From contig MFXU01000047.1 of NCBI GenBank assembly GCA_001788965.1, positions 2,910 to 40,561 on the forward strand: a DNA stretch of 37,652 nucleotides, in the 5' to 3' direction. The notes beneath the pieces are model-generated. The model saw only the letters and a list, made by a program, of their open reading frames with translations. It had not been told where the DNA came from and searched no databases. Position 1 is the stretch's first letter. Each line of letters starts with the position of its first letter. Below are positions 8,662 through 17,031 of the stretch, in pieces. Made by a program: the position numbers and the translations under genes. This DNA comes from Candidatus Peribacteria bacterium RIFCSPHIGHO2_02_FULL_51_15. Its GTDB lineage: Bacteria > Patescibacteriota > Gracilibacteria > Peribacterales > Peribacteraceae.

Positions 8662-11546
8662 TGAGCCAACCGCTCATCGATTTTCTTCAGCTTCTCTTCG
8701 ACCTCCGTAAGCTTCCCCTTTTCCGCTTCCACAAGCGATGCCGGCGCACGTGAAACGAAGTCCTGATTCCGGAGCTTCTGTAAGAGGCCATCACGATACC
8801 GCACGAGCGACGTCTGTTCCTTCAGGAGACTCTTTTTGACCTTCACCGGATCGAAGAGGCCCTCGAGTGAGAGATGAATCTCCGTGCCGGAGAGGAATGC
8901 GCTCGCGACGTTCGTGTGCTTGACCGGCTTCGCATCGATCATGAGCGTCCCCACATGCCCAAGTCGCCGGATGTGGGCCTCCTGGGACTGAAGGAGCTCG
9001 GCATGCTTCTTCGTGTAAATGAATACCGCAACGTCCTTCCCCGCTTCGATCTCCTGCTCCACCCGCAGCTTGCGAATCGCGGAGATGACATCAATAAGTA
9101 CTTGAAACTGCTCACGCGGAGTTATCCCTTTGCCCTCAGCAAGAGCAATGTCTACCGGCCAAGGATGTTTAATAAGAATATCGGCATTTTCATGTTTTAG
9201 AGATGACCAAAGCTCCTCTGTGACAAAAGGACAAAATGGATGAAGTAATTGCAAGATTTCTCTGAGAGCGTTAACAAGAAATGGGAGATTCGATTCCCCT
9301 TTAGAAAGTTCCAGGTACCAATCACAAAAGAAGTCCCAAACAAAACTATATAAAGAATCCCCTGCAACGCTAACAGCATAATTTTCTAGGCCTAACGTAA
9401 CTTTGCCACGCACAGATAATAGCTCGGAAAACAAAGCGAAATCTGCAAGTGTTTTTGGCTCATAAGCACTAGGTATTATTGCTTTCGGATCTAATTTCTC
9501 CTTTTCACACTGTATCAACACGAACCGTGCCGCGTTCCAGAGCTTGTTGACGAAATTTCTGTACCCCGCGATTTTCTCTTCATAAAGCCGCGTGTCGTTT
9601 CCCGGGCTTTGCCCAATGGTCATGGAAAGTCTCAAGGCATCTGCTCCGTATTTCGGGATGATATCGAGCGGATCGATGGCGGTTTCCGGGTGGCTCTTGC
9701 TCATCTTTTCCCCGTTTCTGTCCAAAACCAATCCGTGGAGATAAACCGTTTCAAAAGGAATTTCACCCGTCGCGTAAGTCGTCATCAGGATCATTCGCGC
9801 CACCCAGAAAAACAGTATATCGGCGGCGGTTTCCAGAATCTGCGTCGGATGAAAATCCTGAAAATCAGGACTTCTCTTCAACATTTCATCGAGAGAGATG
9901 GAAAAATCATCGGCCAGTGAGGGATCTATAAGCGTCGACCATGTCCATAGTCCAGAAGAAAACCAGGTATCAAGCGTATCAGGATCCTGATGAACCACCC
10001 CGCCGCAATGAGGACAACCGTCGATCGGTCTCGAAGAAACAATAATGCCGGATTGCCCACCGGCTGTGAGCTGTGAGCTGTGAGCTGTGAGCTGCTCATC
10101 ACTCATAGCTGACCGCTCATCGCTTGTCTGCGCATTCTTTGCGTCACCGCACTTCGAGCAATAGTAAACAGGCACCCTGTGTCCCCACCAGATTTGGCGG
10201 GAAATACACCAGTCCCGGAGATTATCTATCCAATTGAAATAAACTTTTTCAAATCTCTCAGGAATAATTTTTATTTCTCCGTTACGCACAACAGATTGCA
10301 TAATTTCCTTCAAGCTGAACAATTCTCCTTTCCTTGCCCCGCGTAGCCCGAAGGGCGTAGCGGGGTGCCTTCTTGCCCCTTCTTGTCGGCCGAAACCTTG
10401 GCGAAGGCTGATGCCTTCTTGCTCTTCCCAGGTGACTACCTTTTTATTTACATCAATAAACCACTGCTCCTTTATCTGCGGCTCCACTATCCCCTTCCCG
10501 CGATAGCTAACCGCTACCCGGTGAACGTAATTTTTATCCACTTTGACCAGTAATCCTTTGGCCTTCAATTTCTCGACGACTTTCGGCCGGGCTTCCTCGA
10601 TCGGCATCCCCGCAAATTCGCCGGCGATCTGAAGCAAGCGGCCGTCGAAGCCTATTATCTGCTCGCGCTCAAGCTTGTGCCGCTCACTGAGCTCAAAATC
10701 GGTCATGTCGTGCCACGGCGTGATGGTCATCACTCCGGTTCCGAATTCCGGATCGACGATCTTGTCTTTTATCACCGTGGCTTTCACCGGCCCGTTTATC
10801 CATTCGGCGGTGAAAGTTTCCCCATCCTTGTATTTCGCGTACCGCTTGTCAGCGGGGTGCATCACGACATACTTGTCGCCGAATTTTGTCTCCGGGCGGG
10901 CGGTGGAGATCTGAAAGGGACCGTATTGAAAGGTGTAGTACGGCGTCTTTTCCTCGATGTATTCGATCTCGTCATCCGAAACCGTCGTCTGCATCTTCGG
11001 GTCCCAGTTCACCGCACGGTGGCCGCGGTAAATCAAACCATCTTGGTACATTTTCACGAAGACCTCGCTCACACAGCGGTTGAGCGTCGGATCCAATGTG
11101 TAACGCTCCCGGGACCAGTCGCAGCTGGCACCCATCTTCCGGACTTGTCCGCGGATAGTCCCGCGGCTTTTGTCGACGAAATCCGCGATCCGCCGGATCA
11201 ATTCTTCGCGCCCGAGCTTGGCCCGGGGGTCGGGAATATTCTCTTCTTTCTGAATCTGTTTTATCACGACGCTTTCGGTGGCGATGGAAGCATGGTCGGT
11301 GCCCGGCACCCAGAGCACGCGCTTGCCGCGCATACGATTGAACCTGATAAAAATATCCTGTAGAGCGAGCATCACCGAGTGTCCCAGATGCAGCTGCCCC
11401 GTCGCATTCGGCGGCGGCATGCTTATCGTAAAAGTTTCAGCTTTCTCATCTTTGCAACTTTCCGGCCGGAAAGCTCCGCTCTTTTCCCACATTTCATAAA
11501 TCCGATCTTCGGAGGCCTTCGGGTCGTAAGTTTTGGGAAGCGGCAT
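8634..11546 (-). CDS. valS: Valine--tRNA ligase
   Basis: MPPPNATGQLHLGH, GTDHASIAT, DWCISRQIWWGH, DTWFSSGLW, KMSKS and the C-terminal coiled coil. Start Met13. Confidence 0.98.
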   Translation of the reverse strand: MPLPKTYDPKASEDRIYEMWEKSGAFRPESCKDEKAETFTISMPPPNATGQLHLGHSVMLALQDIFIRFNRMRGKRVLWVPGTDHASIATESVVIKQIQKEENIPDPRAKLGREELIRRIADFVDKSRGTIRGQVRKMGASCDWSRERYTLDPTLNRCVSEVFVKMYQDGLIYRGHRAVNWDPKMQTTVSDDEIEYIEEKTPYYTFQYGPFQISTARPETKFGDKYVVMHPADKRYAKYKDGETFTAEWINGPVKATVIKDKIVDPEFGTGVMTITPWHDMTDFELSERHKLEREQIIGFDGRLLQIAGEFAGMPIEEARPKVVEKLKAKGLLVKVDKNYVHRVAVSYRGKGIVEPQIKEQWFIDVNKKVVTWEEQEGISLRQGFGRQEGARRHPATPFGLRGARKGELFSLKEIMQSVVRNGEIKIIPERFEKVYFNWIDNLRDWCISRQIWWGHRVPVYYCSKCGDAKNAQTSDERSAMSDEQLTAHSSQLTAGGQSGIIVSSRPIDGCPHCGGVVHQDPDTLDTWFSSGLWTWSTLIDPSLADDFSISLDEMLKRSPDFQDFHPTQILETAADILFFWVARMILMTTYATGEIPFETVYLHGLVLDRNGEKMSKSHPETAIDPLDIIPKYGADALRLSMTIGQSPGNDTRLYEEKIAGYRNFVNKLWNAARFVLIQCEKEKLDPKAIIPSAYEPKTLADFALFSELLSVRGKVTLGLENYAVSVAGDSLYSFVWDFFCDWYLELSKGESNLPFLVNALREILQLLHPFCPFVTEELWSSLKHENADILIKHPWPVDIALAEGKGITPREQFQVLIDVISAIRKLRVEQEIEAGKDVAVFIYTKKHAELLQSQEAHIRRLGHVGTLMIDAKPVKHTNVASAFLSGTEIHLSLEGLFDPVKVKKSLLKEQTSLVRYRDGLLQKLRNQDFVSRAPASLVEAEKGKLTEVEEKLKKIDERLAHTILHLKHN

Positions 11547-11617
11547 TGGGAGAAAGTCTACTACATGAGAGCTGTAAGCCAAATTATGATTATTGACATT
11601 TATTATTTTTCTAATAT

Positions 11618-11662
11618 ATGAACATAACTCCTTTCAACGGTTTTTGGAGTTGGGATAGGTAA
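11618..11662 (+). other. Candidate Trp-containing leader peptide MNITPFNGFWSWDR
   Basis: 14-codon ORF with W-S-W, followed by hairpins and a terminator. Confidence 0.35.
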
Positions 11663-11694
11663 GCCTGCATTGTGGGCGACCACTATCCACCCCG

Positions 11695-11744
11695 GGGCGA
11701 TGCTTCTCCTCTTTTCTCTCTCAAAGAAGCATCGCCCCATTTTT
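11695..11744 (+). terminator. Strong hairpin / intrinsic terminator
   Basis: GGGGCGATGCTTCT...AGAAGCATCGCCCC-ATTTTT, a 14-bp perfect stem. Confidence 0.7.
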
Positions 11745-11915
11745 AAATGTTTTGATTTTTTCAAGCTGCCCTTCAACTTCGCTCAGGGTAAACAAGCCAT
11801 CAGCTACCAGTGACGCCAAAGCTTTTAGTTGCCGCGCCCGCGGAGGGGCGCTGCTGAGTGGAAAAAATAACTGTTTTTTTACAAATTTTGTAGATAAAGA
11901 CCTATAATTACCAGC

Positions 11916-12401
11916 ATGGAACGAGAGCATATATTTCTAGGGTCAAAAGAAAACCGCCTGATACCGAGAGGGGTTTTCGGCAATTTGAAAAATGTTGTGG
12001 CCGGCTCTTTCGATGAAAACGTTATCGTCCCCGCGGAAAAAGGCAATGTGCCCAAAGCGCTGCTGGGCGTTCCGATCGCGGTAGCGGATACCGTCCTTAC
12101 GGCGCCGGACGCCGCACTGGCGGGACTTGCGGGCGAGGATATCGAGCCGCTCAAAGCCCAGTCCTTCGCCCGAACCAGCCGCGATATTCCGCTGATCGTA
12201 AGTCATACACTGGATACCATCGCGAACCTGCTGACACTGAAACCATGGCAAGCAACCAAAAGTTTTGTAAAAGGCGGGCTGGGAGTACTTCGCCTGCCCT
12301 CCGATATCCCGATGGATATCGTCAATGACGCGACGGGGGTGAGCGTCATCGAAAGAAAACAGGCACATTACCATGACAAAATTCTCGCGCTCGCGGCATG
12401 A
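11916..12401 (+). CDS. Hypothetical protein
   Basis: 161-aa ORF with TATAAT 7 nt upstream of the ATG. Confidence 0.75.
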   Translation: MEREHIFLGSKENRLIPRGVFGNLKNVVAGSFDENVIVPAEKGNVPKALLGVPIAVADTVLTAPDAALAGLAGEDIEPLKAQSFARTSRDIPLIVSHTLDTIANLLTLKPWQATKSFVKGGLGVLRLPSDIPMDIVNDATGVSVIERKQAHYHDKILALAA

Positions 12402-12503
12402 GCTACGATCCGCGGACTTATAAAGGCTGCTGCTGAACCTAAATTACTATTTTTTATGATTCCATTTTCACCGTTTTTCTGCTAGAATAAGAGCATAAAA
12501 CCT

Positions 12504-12755
12504 ATGCAAATATCGCCCGAAAATTTGCCTGTCGCGCCGAACCTGGCAAATTCGCCATCCGTTGCTCCAGTCGTTTTCGCCACCCAGTCGGTGGGAAGAA
12601 TTTTCAATTTTGTCGGAACCATCGCTCCCCCATTGCTTACTCTGGCCATCGCCGGTATGGGACTGAAGATTTTGACGGGAAAAAACCCGAAATACTCGGA
12701 AAAAGCTGAATTCTCAATTCTCAATCATCAATTATCAATTTCATCTAAACTCTAA
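12504..12755 (+). CDS. Small hypothetical membrane protein; its C-terminus reads through a heptamer repeat
   Basis: One hydrophobic segment. The tail FSILNHQLSI is encoded by aattctc/aattatc units. Confidence 0.55.
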   Translation: MQISPENLPVAPNLANSPSVAPVVFATQSVGRIFNFVGTIAPPLLTLAIAGMGLKILTGKNPKYSEKAEFSILNHQLSISSKL

Positions 12756-12795
12756 AAGAAAAAAACCGTTAAAATCCAGTCAAGCCTCAAGCCAT

Positions 12796-13086
12796 ATGCC
12801 GACTTACGATTATAAATGCACAGTCTGTTTCGCCTCTTTTCGGAAGGTACTGCCTTTCGGAACGGACGAAATCCCGCAGTGTCCGAGGTGCGGAGGGGTG
12901 TCACAAAAAATCATCATTCCTCCCATGATCCACTTCAGGGGAAACGGTTTCTATAAGACCGACAGTTCCGTGAAAAAGGAGTCTAACCCCAACCCCAACC
13001 CCAACCCCAACCCTAACCCTAACCCTAACCCTAACCCCAACCCAAGCCCCAACCCAAGCCCCAGCCCCGCTTCCGCCAAAACATGA
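12796..13086 (+). CDS. FmdB family zinc-ribbon protein with Asn-Pro repeat tail
   Basis: MPTYDYKC..C...CPRCGG...FRGNGFYKTD. Confidence 0.92.
   Translation: MPTYDYKCTVCFASFRKVLPFGTDEIPQCPRCGGVSQKIIIPPMIHFRGNGFYKTDSSVKKESNPNPNPNPNPNPNPNPNPNPSPNPSPSPASAKT
12985..13068 (+). repeat. Hexamer array (ARCCCH)14 encoding (NP/SP)n
   Basis: AACCCC x4, AACCCT x4, then variant units. Confidence 0.92.
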
Positions 13087-13937
13087 AAAAAAACAGATCC
13101 AAAAAAATGACGGCGAATAATCCGTGGGTGACCAAGCTCACAGGACTTTCTTACCAGTCTCTCTTGTTTCTGTATGTGGGGTTGATCGTCGGTTTCGGCA
13201 TGATTTATTATTTCCTTTCCACCTTTATCCCGGCCCACGGACCGGGGATCCCGCTGGGCGCGCCGGTTTGGTACCGATTTTTGGACAGTCTGTACTTTTC
13301 TACGATCACGGCAACGACCGTCGGTTACGGCGACATATCTCCTCACGGATTTTCGAAAGTCCTGGCGGGGCTGCAAAGCATTTCCGCCCTCTTCGTCTTC
13401 GCGATATTGGTATCGAAACCCATCTCCCAGAAGCAGGAGACCGCGCTTTTTGAGATGCATCAGCTGACCTTCGACGATGTTTTCACCTCGGTTCGCGAAG
13501 GTTTTTTCATAATGCGCAAAGACTTCGATGACCTGATAGTGGAAGCCCGACACCATAAAACTCTGAAACCGACTTCCTGGGAAAACCTGCTGACCGCTTA
13601 CCGGCAGGGCGAAGTGCTGTTCGAGGAAATCCCGAAGTTTTACGACACCGAGAAACAGCTCTATGTCATCGATATCCACCGGGAGCAGCTGCTGATCGAA
13701 TCGGTCCAGAGGACGCTCGAGCGGCTGGCATCGCTCCTGAAAACTTTCGATGAACATGAAATCGGATGGCGTGCTGACGAAAAACACACCAAGCGGTTCG
13801 ACGAATTCCTCACTCTGGCGGAGAAAACCAAAAAATACTGGCACTCCCAATCCTTGAACCGGGAACGGGAAGAATTCACCGAACTGGAAAAGATCTTCAC
13901 TGAAATCATCGGGTTGAGGCAGAGCGCAACTTCGTAA
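13083..13937 (+). CDS. Potassium channel family protein (Ion_trans_2)
   Basis: DSLYFSTITATTVGYGDISP selectivity filter flanked by two TMs. ATGA overlap with the FmdB gene; alternative start 13107. Confidence 0.9.
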   Translation: MKKNRSKKMTANNPWVTKLTGLSYQSLLFLYVGLIVGFGMIYYFLSTFIPAHGPGIPLGAPVWYRFLDSLYFSTITATTVGYGDISPHGFSKVLAGLQSISALFVFAILVSKPISQKQETALFEMHQLTFDDVFTSVREGFFIMRKDFDDLIVEARHHKTLKPTSWENLLTAYRQGEVLFEEIPKFYDTEKQLYVIDIHREQLLIESVQRTLERLASLLKTFDEHEIGWRADEKHTKRFDEFLTLAEKTKKYWHSQSLNREREEFTELEKIFTEIIGLRQSATS

Positions 13938-13976
13938 AGGGAATCAATAACCAACCTGCTCAGATAATCTAGAACA

Positions 13977-14150
13977 CCGCGGCCACGGAGGGCCGCTACT
14001 GATGGAGTCTGTTATTTTTTTGCACTCAGCAGCACCCCTCCGTGGGTGCGTCGGTTCAATAAAATGGCTCTGGAAGCCGATTAAAATGTTAACACTAATT
14101 AATAGGAGCAGGTCTCCGACCTGCGTACGCGGCTCAAGAGAGCCGTTCCT
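13977..14150. repeat. Cluster of REP-like palindrome doublets
   Basis: ccgcggccacggagggccgctactga / tcagcagcacccctccgtgggtgcg, and ataggagcaggtctccgacctgc / cggctcaagagagccgttcctat. Confidence 0.65.
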
Positions 14151-14183
14151 ATTCTTGGAGCTCCTATTCATAAAAACCTTCGC

Positions 14184-14242
14184 GTTAGCGATTAGCGGGG
14201 AGCTTTTTTCTCCCCGCTATCCGCTCATCGCTTATCGCTATC
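14184..14242. repeat. Heptamer-armed hairpin at the pnp stop codon
   Basis: ttagcgattagcggggagc...tccccgctatccgctcatcgcttatcgcta. Confidence 0.7.
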
Positions 14243-16481
14243 TCCTAAATCCGCCTCTGCCTCCCCCTCCCGGTCTGCCTCCTCCCCTCGGTCCGCCCAT
14301 TCGCGGGGGCGGCGGTATCCAGCCGGCGGGAGGAGCAGTCATTTGCTTGAGCGAAAAGCGCGTCTTACCCTCGAGCGCATCGAATTCCACGCACTTGGCC
14401 TGGATGACATCTCCAACCTTCAATATGTCTTCGACCTTTTCGGTCCTGGCCCATTGCAGCTCCGAAATGTGGATCATGGCGTCCTTGCCGTGGCCGAATT
14501 CCACTATCGCTCCGACTCCGTCGATGATTCGCGCCACTTTGGCGTCGTAAATCTTCCCGACTTCCGGTTTCTCCACTATGCCGAGAACCCATTCTTTGGC
14601 TTTCTGCATCGCTTCGCCGTTTACCGAAGTTATGAAGATCAAGCCGCTGTCCTCGATATCGATCTCGACTCCGAGATCCTTGGTGATCTTTTGGATCGTT
14701 TCGCCGCCCTTGCCGATCACCAGCCGGATATCATCCGGATTTATCTGAATCGTCTCGATCCTGGGCGCGTACGGGCTCATCTCTTTCCGCGGTTCGGCTA
14801 TCTCCTTCAGCATCGTTTCCAGTATCTGTGCGCGGCCGACTCTGGATCTCTCCAACGCTTCGGCAAAAACATGATCGGGGAGCCCCTTGATCTTGACATC
14901 CATCTGGATAGCGGTGATGCCCTTCGCCGTGCCGGCGACTTTGAAATCCATGTCGCCGCCGAAGTCCTCCTCGTCCTGAAGATCAGAGAGGATGACGTAC
15001 TTGTCTTTGGATTCATCGGAAATCAAGCCGAGTGCTATGCCGGATACCGGCGCGGTTATCGGCACACCGGCCGCCATCAGCGCAAGCGTTGAACCGCAGG
15101 TCGCTGCCATCGAAGAGGAACCGTTTGACTCCAGAATTTCCGTAACGACTCGGATGGTGTACGGGAAACTTTCGAGCGGCGGAAGCGCCGGCTCCAGCGC
15201 GCGCTGCGCCAGACTCCCGTGGCCGATCTCGCGGTTGCCGACAAAGAGACGATTACTGGTCTCCCCGACCGAGAACGGCGGGAAATTGTAGTGATGCATG
15301 TACCGGAGCTCTTCTTCACCCTCCATGCCCTCGATCAGCTGCCGGTCACCGGGTGCGCCGAAAGTACAGGTAGTGAGCCCCTGAGTTTCGCCGCGCTGGA
15401 ACAAAGCCGAGCCGTGGACCCGCTTGGGCAGAATGTCCACCTGGCAGGTTATCGGCCGTATCTCATCTATTTTCCGGCTACTCATGCGGATACCTTTTTC
15501 CAATATCAACCGCCGGACTTCGCCTTTTATGATCTTGTCGACCATTTCGGGAGCCTTCTTGTAGAGCGTGATCAAGTCCTCATTTTCGCCTGCCGGACCG
15601 CCTGCGGTGAGCGAAGCCGAACCGTGAATGGCTTCCAGTTTTTCGGCCGCCTGGTCCATGAGACTGGTGAAAATCCTGCGGCGCGCTGACTTGGCCATGG
15701 GTTCGGTGATCGCTTTGGTGGCGATGGGCAGCACCCAGTCGGTCAACATTTTCATATCCTCTTTTGACGGCTCAAATGCTGGTTCGATTTCAAATTTCTT
15801 CTTGCCGATTTCCTTTTGAATATCAGCAAAGAACCGGGCGATTTTCTGCGCCCATTTTTTGCCGAACTCGATCGCCTTTAGGATCTCCGGCTCCGGGATC
15901 TGATTCGCCCCTGCCTCGATCATCACCACCCGCTCAAGCGAAGCAGTCACGAACATGTCGAGATCGCTCTTCTTGCGGGCTTCAACCGTCGGATTCAAAA
16001 CCAGCTCCCCGCCGATGAGGCCGACTCGCACGGTTCCGAGTGGGCCGCCTGCTGGACAGTCCGACAGGGCTACAGCCAGATTCGCCGCATTCGCGGAAGT
16101 AATGTCGTGTTCGTGTTCGAAGTCGTAACTCAAGACCGTCGCGAAAACCTGTATGTCGTTTCGGATGTGTTTTGGGAACATCGGCCGAAGTCCGCGATCG
16201 ATGACGCGCCCGAGTAATACATACGGATCGGCCGGTCGTCCTTCGCGCTTTCTGAAACGGCTGCCGGCGATCTTCCCTCCAGCGTAAAACTTTTCCTGAT
16301 AAACGACCTGCAGCGGCAGGAAATCCACGCCTTCGCGAGCTTTCAGGCTTACGGTGCAGTTGCCAAGCGATACCGTATCGCCCATCTGGCAGACGACCGA
16401 CGCGTTGGCCTGAGTCGCCAGTCCGCCGGTTTTTATAATAAGCGGCTCGTTTCCGAGTACCAACGAATATTCTTTTTGCAT
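14238..16481 (-). CDS. pnp: Polyribonucleotide nucleotidyltransferase (PNPase)
   Basis: KREGRP, HGSALFQRGETQ, HYNFPPFSVGE, ESNGSSSMA, GDMDFKVAGT, KH (IGKGG) and S1 domains. Confidence 0.98.
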   Translation of the reverse strand: MQKEYSLVLGNEPLIIKTGGLATQANASVVCQMGDTVSLGNCTVSLKAREGVDFLPLQVVYQEKFYAGGKIAGSRFRKREGRPADPYVLLGRVIDRGLRPMFPKHIRNDIQVFATVLSYDFEHEHDITSANAANLAVALSDCPAGGPLGTVRVGLIGGELVLNPTVEARKKSDLDMFVTASLERVVMIEAGANQIPEPEILKAIEFGKKWAQKIARFFADIQKEIGKKKFEIEPAFEPSKEDMKMLTDWVLPIATKAITEPMAKSARRRIFTSLMDQAAEKLEAIHGSASLTAGGPAGENEDLITLYKKAPEMVDKIIKGEVRRLILEKGIRMSSRKIDEIRPITCQVDILPKRVHGSALFQRGETQGLTTCTFGAPGDRQLIEGMEGEEELRYMHHYNFPPFSVGETSNRLFVGNREIGHGSLAQRALEPALPPLESFPYTIRVVTEILESNGSSSMAATCGSTLALMAAGVPITAPVSGIALGLISDESKDKYVILSDLQDEEDFGGDMDFKVAGTAKGITAIQMDVKIKGLPDHVFAEALERSRVGRAQILETMLKEIAEPRKEMSPYAPRIETIQINPDDIRLVIGKGGETIQKITKDLGVEIDIEDSGLIFITSVNGEAMQKAKEWVLGIVEKPEVGKIYDAKVARIIDGVGAIVEFGHGKDAMIHISELQWARTEKVEDILKVGDVIQAKCVEFDALEGKTRFSLKQMTAPPAGWIPPPPRMGGPRGGGRPGGGGRGGFRR

Positions 16482-16494
16482 AGAAATTATGGGA

Positions 16495-16671
16495 AGCGGA
16501 TATACGCCCTTCCCCTTTTAAAGGATTTTTGCTTTGAGTGGACTTACATATGAAGGTCTGGTGGCAATTGGCTATTAGCTAACTGCCAACTGCCAGCGCC
16601 GCAGGCGCTCGTACGTAAATCCACAAAAATCCGGTGATAAAGGAAAGAGCGTGGATCCATCATATACCGCC
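16495..16671 (-). promoter_or_regulatory. Long irregular stem-loop in the pnp 5' leader
   Basis: gcggatatacgcccttcccctttta...ggattttt...gtggacttacatatgaag pairs with ctcgtacgtaaatccac-aaaaatcc...taaaggaaagagcg...catataccgc. Confidence 0.55.
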
Positions 16672-16708
16672 CCTGACGTTTTTTCCAGTTTTATGTGATA
16701 GGCGATGA

Positions 16709-17013
16709 TAAATTGCTAAATGGCTAAATTGCTACGCCCATTCAATCAACTCAGGTCGACCTTATTCAGCCACAATCCCCAATGTCATCATGGGCGACCT
16801 GATACCACTTCGCGTTTAAAACGTTCTTAATCAGACGCGCTGGCGGTATGGAGTTCTTGGCTTGAGTAAACGCTACGCGGTACGAGATGATGCCGTTACG
16901 AATGACCGATTAGTTATGTTTTAAATGCAAAATGGTATGAGCTTGTCGAAGGTCGCAAGCGAAACGCACGTTCTTGCTTGCAAACAATTTAGCAATTTAA
17001 CAATTTAGCAATC
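16709..17013. repeat. Octamer-armed element copy B, containing a REP-like pair and MITE copy 3
   Basis: aaattgctaaatggctaaattgct ... cgcaagcgaaacgcacgtt ... aacaatttagcaatttaacaatttagcaat. Confidence 0.8.
16803..16937 (+). mobile_element. 135-bp MITE copy 3 (TSD TGA)
   Basis: TGA|TACCA...TGGTA|TGA. The empty site is the palindrome CGACCTGAGCTTGTCGAAGGTCG. Confidence 0.93.
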
Positions 17014-17031
17014 TGTTCCGAAGTCCAAAAA

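Noticed and set aside
11547-11900. T-box riboswitch upstream of valS
   Set aside because: No GGTGGNACCGCG motif on the minus strand. valS has a proximal TTGGCT-16-TAGACT promoter.
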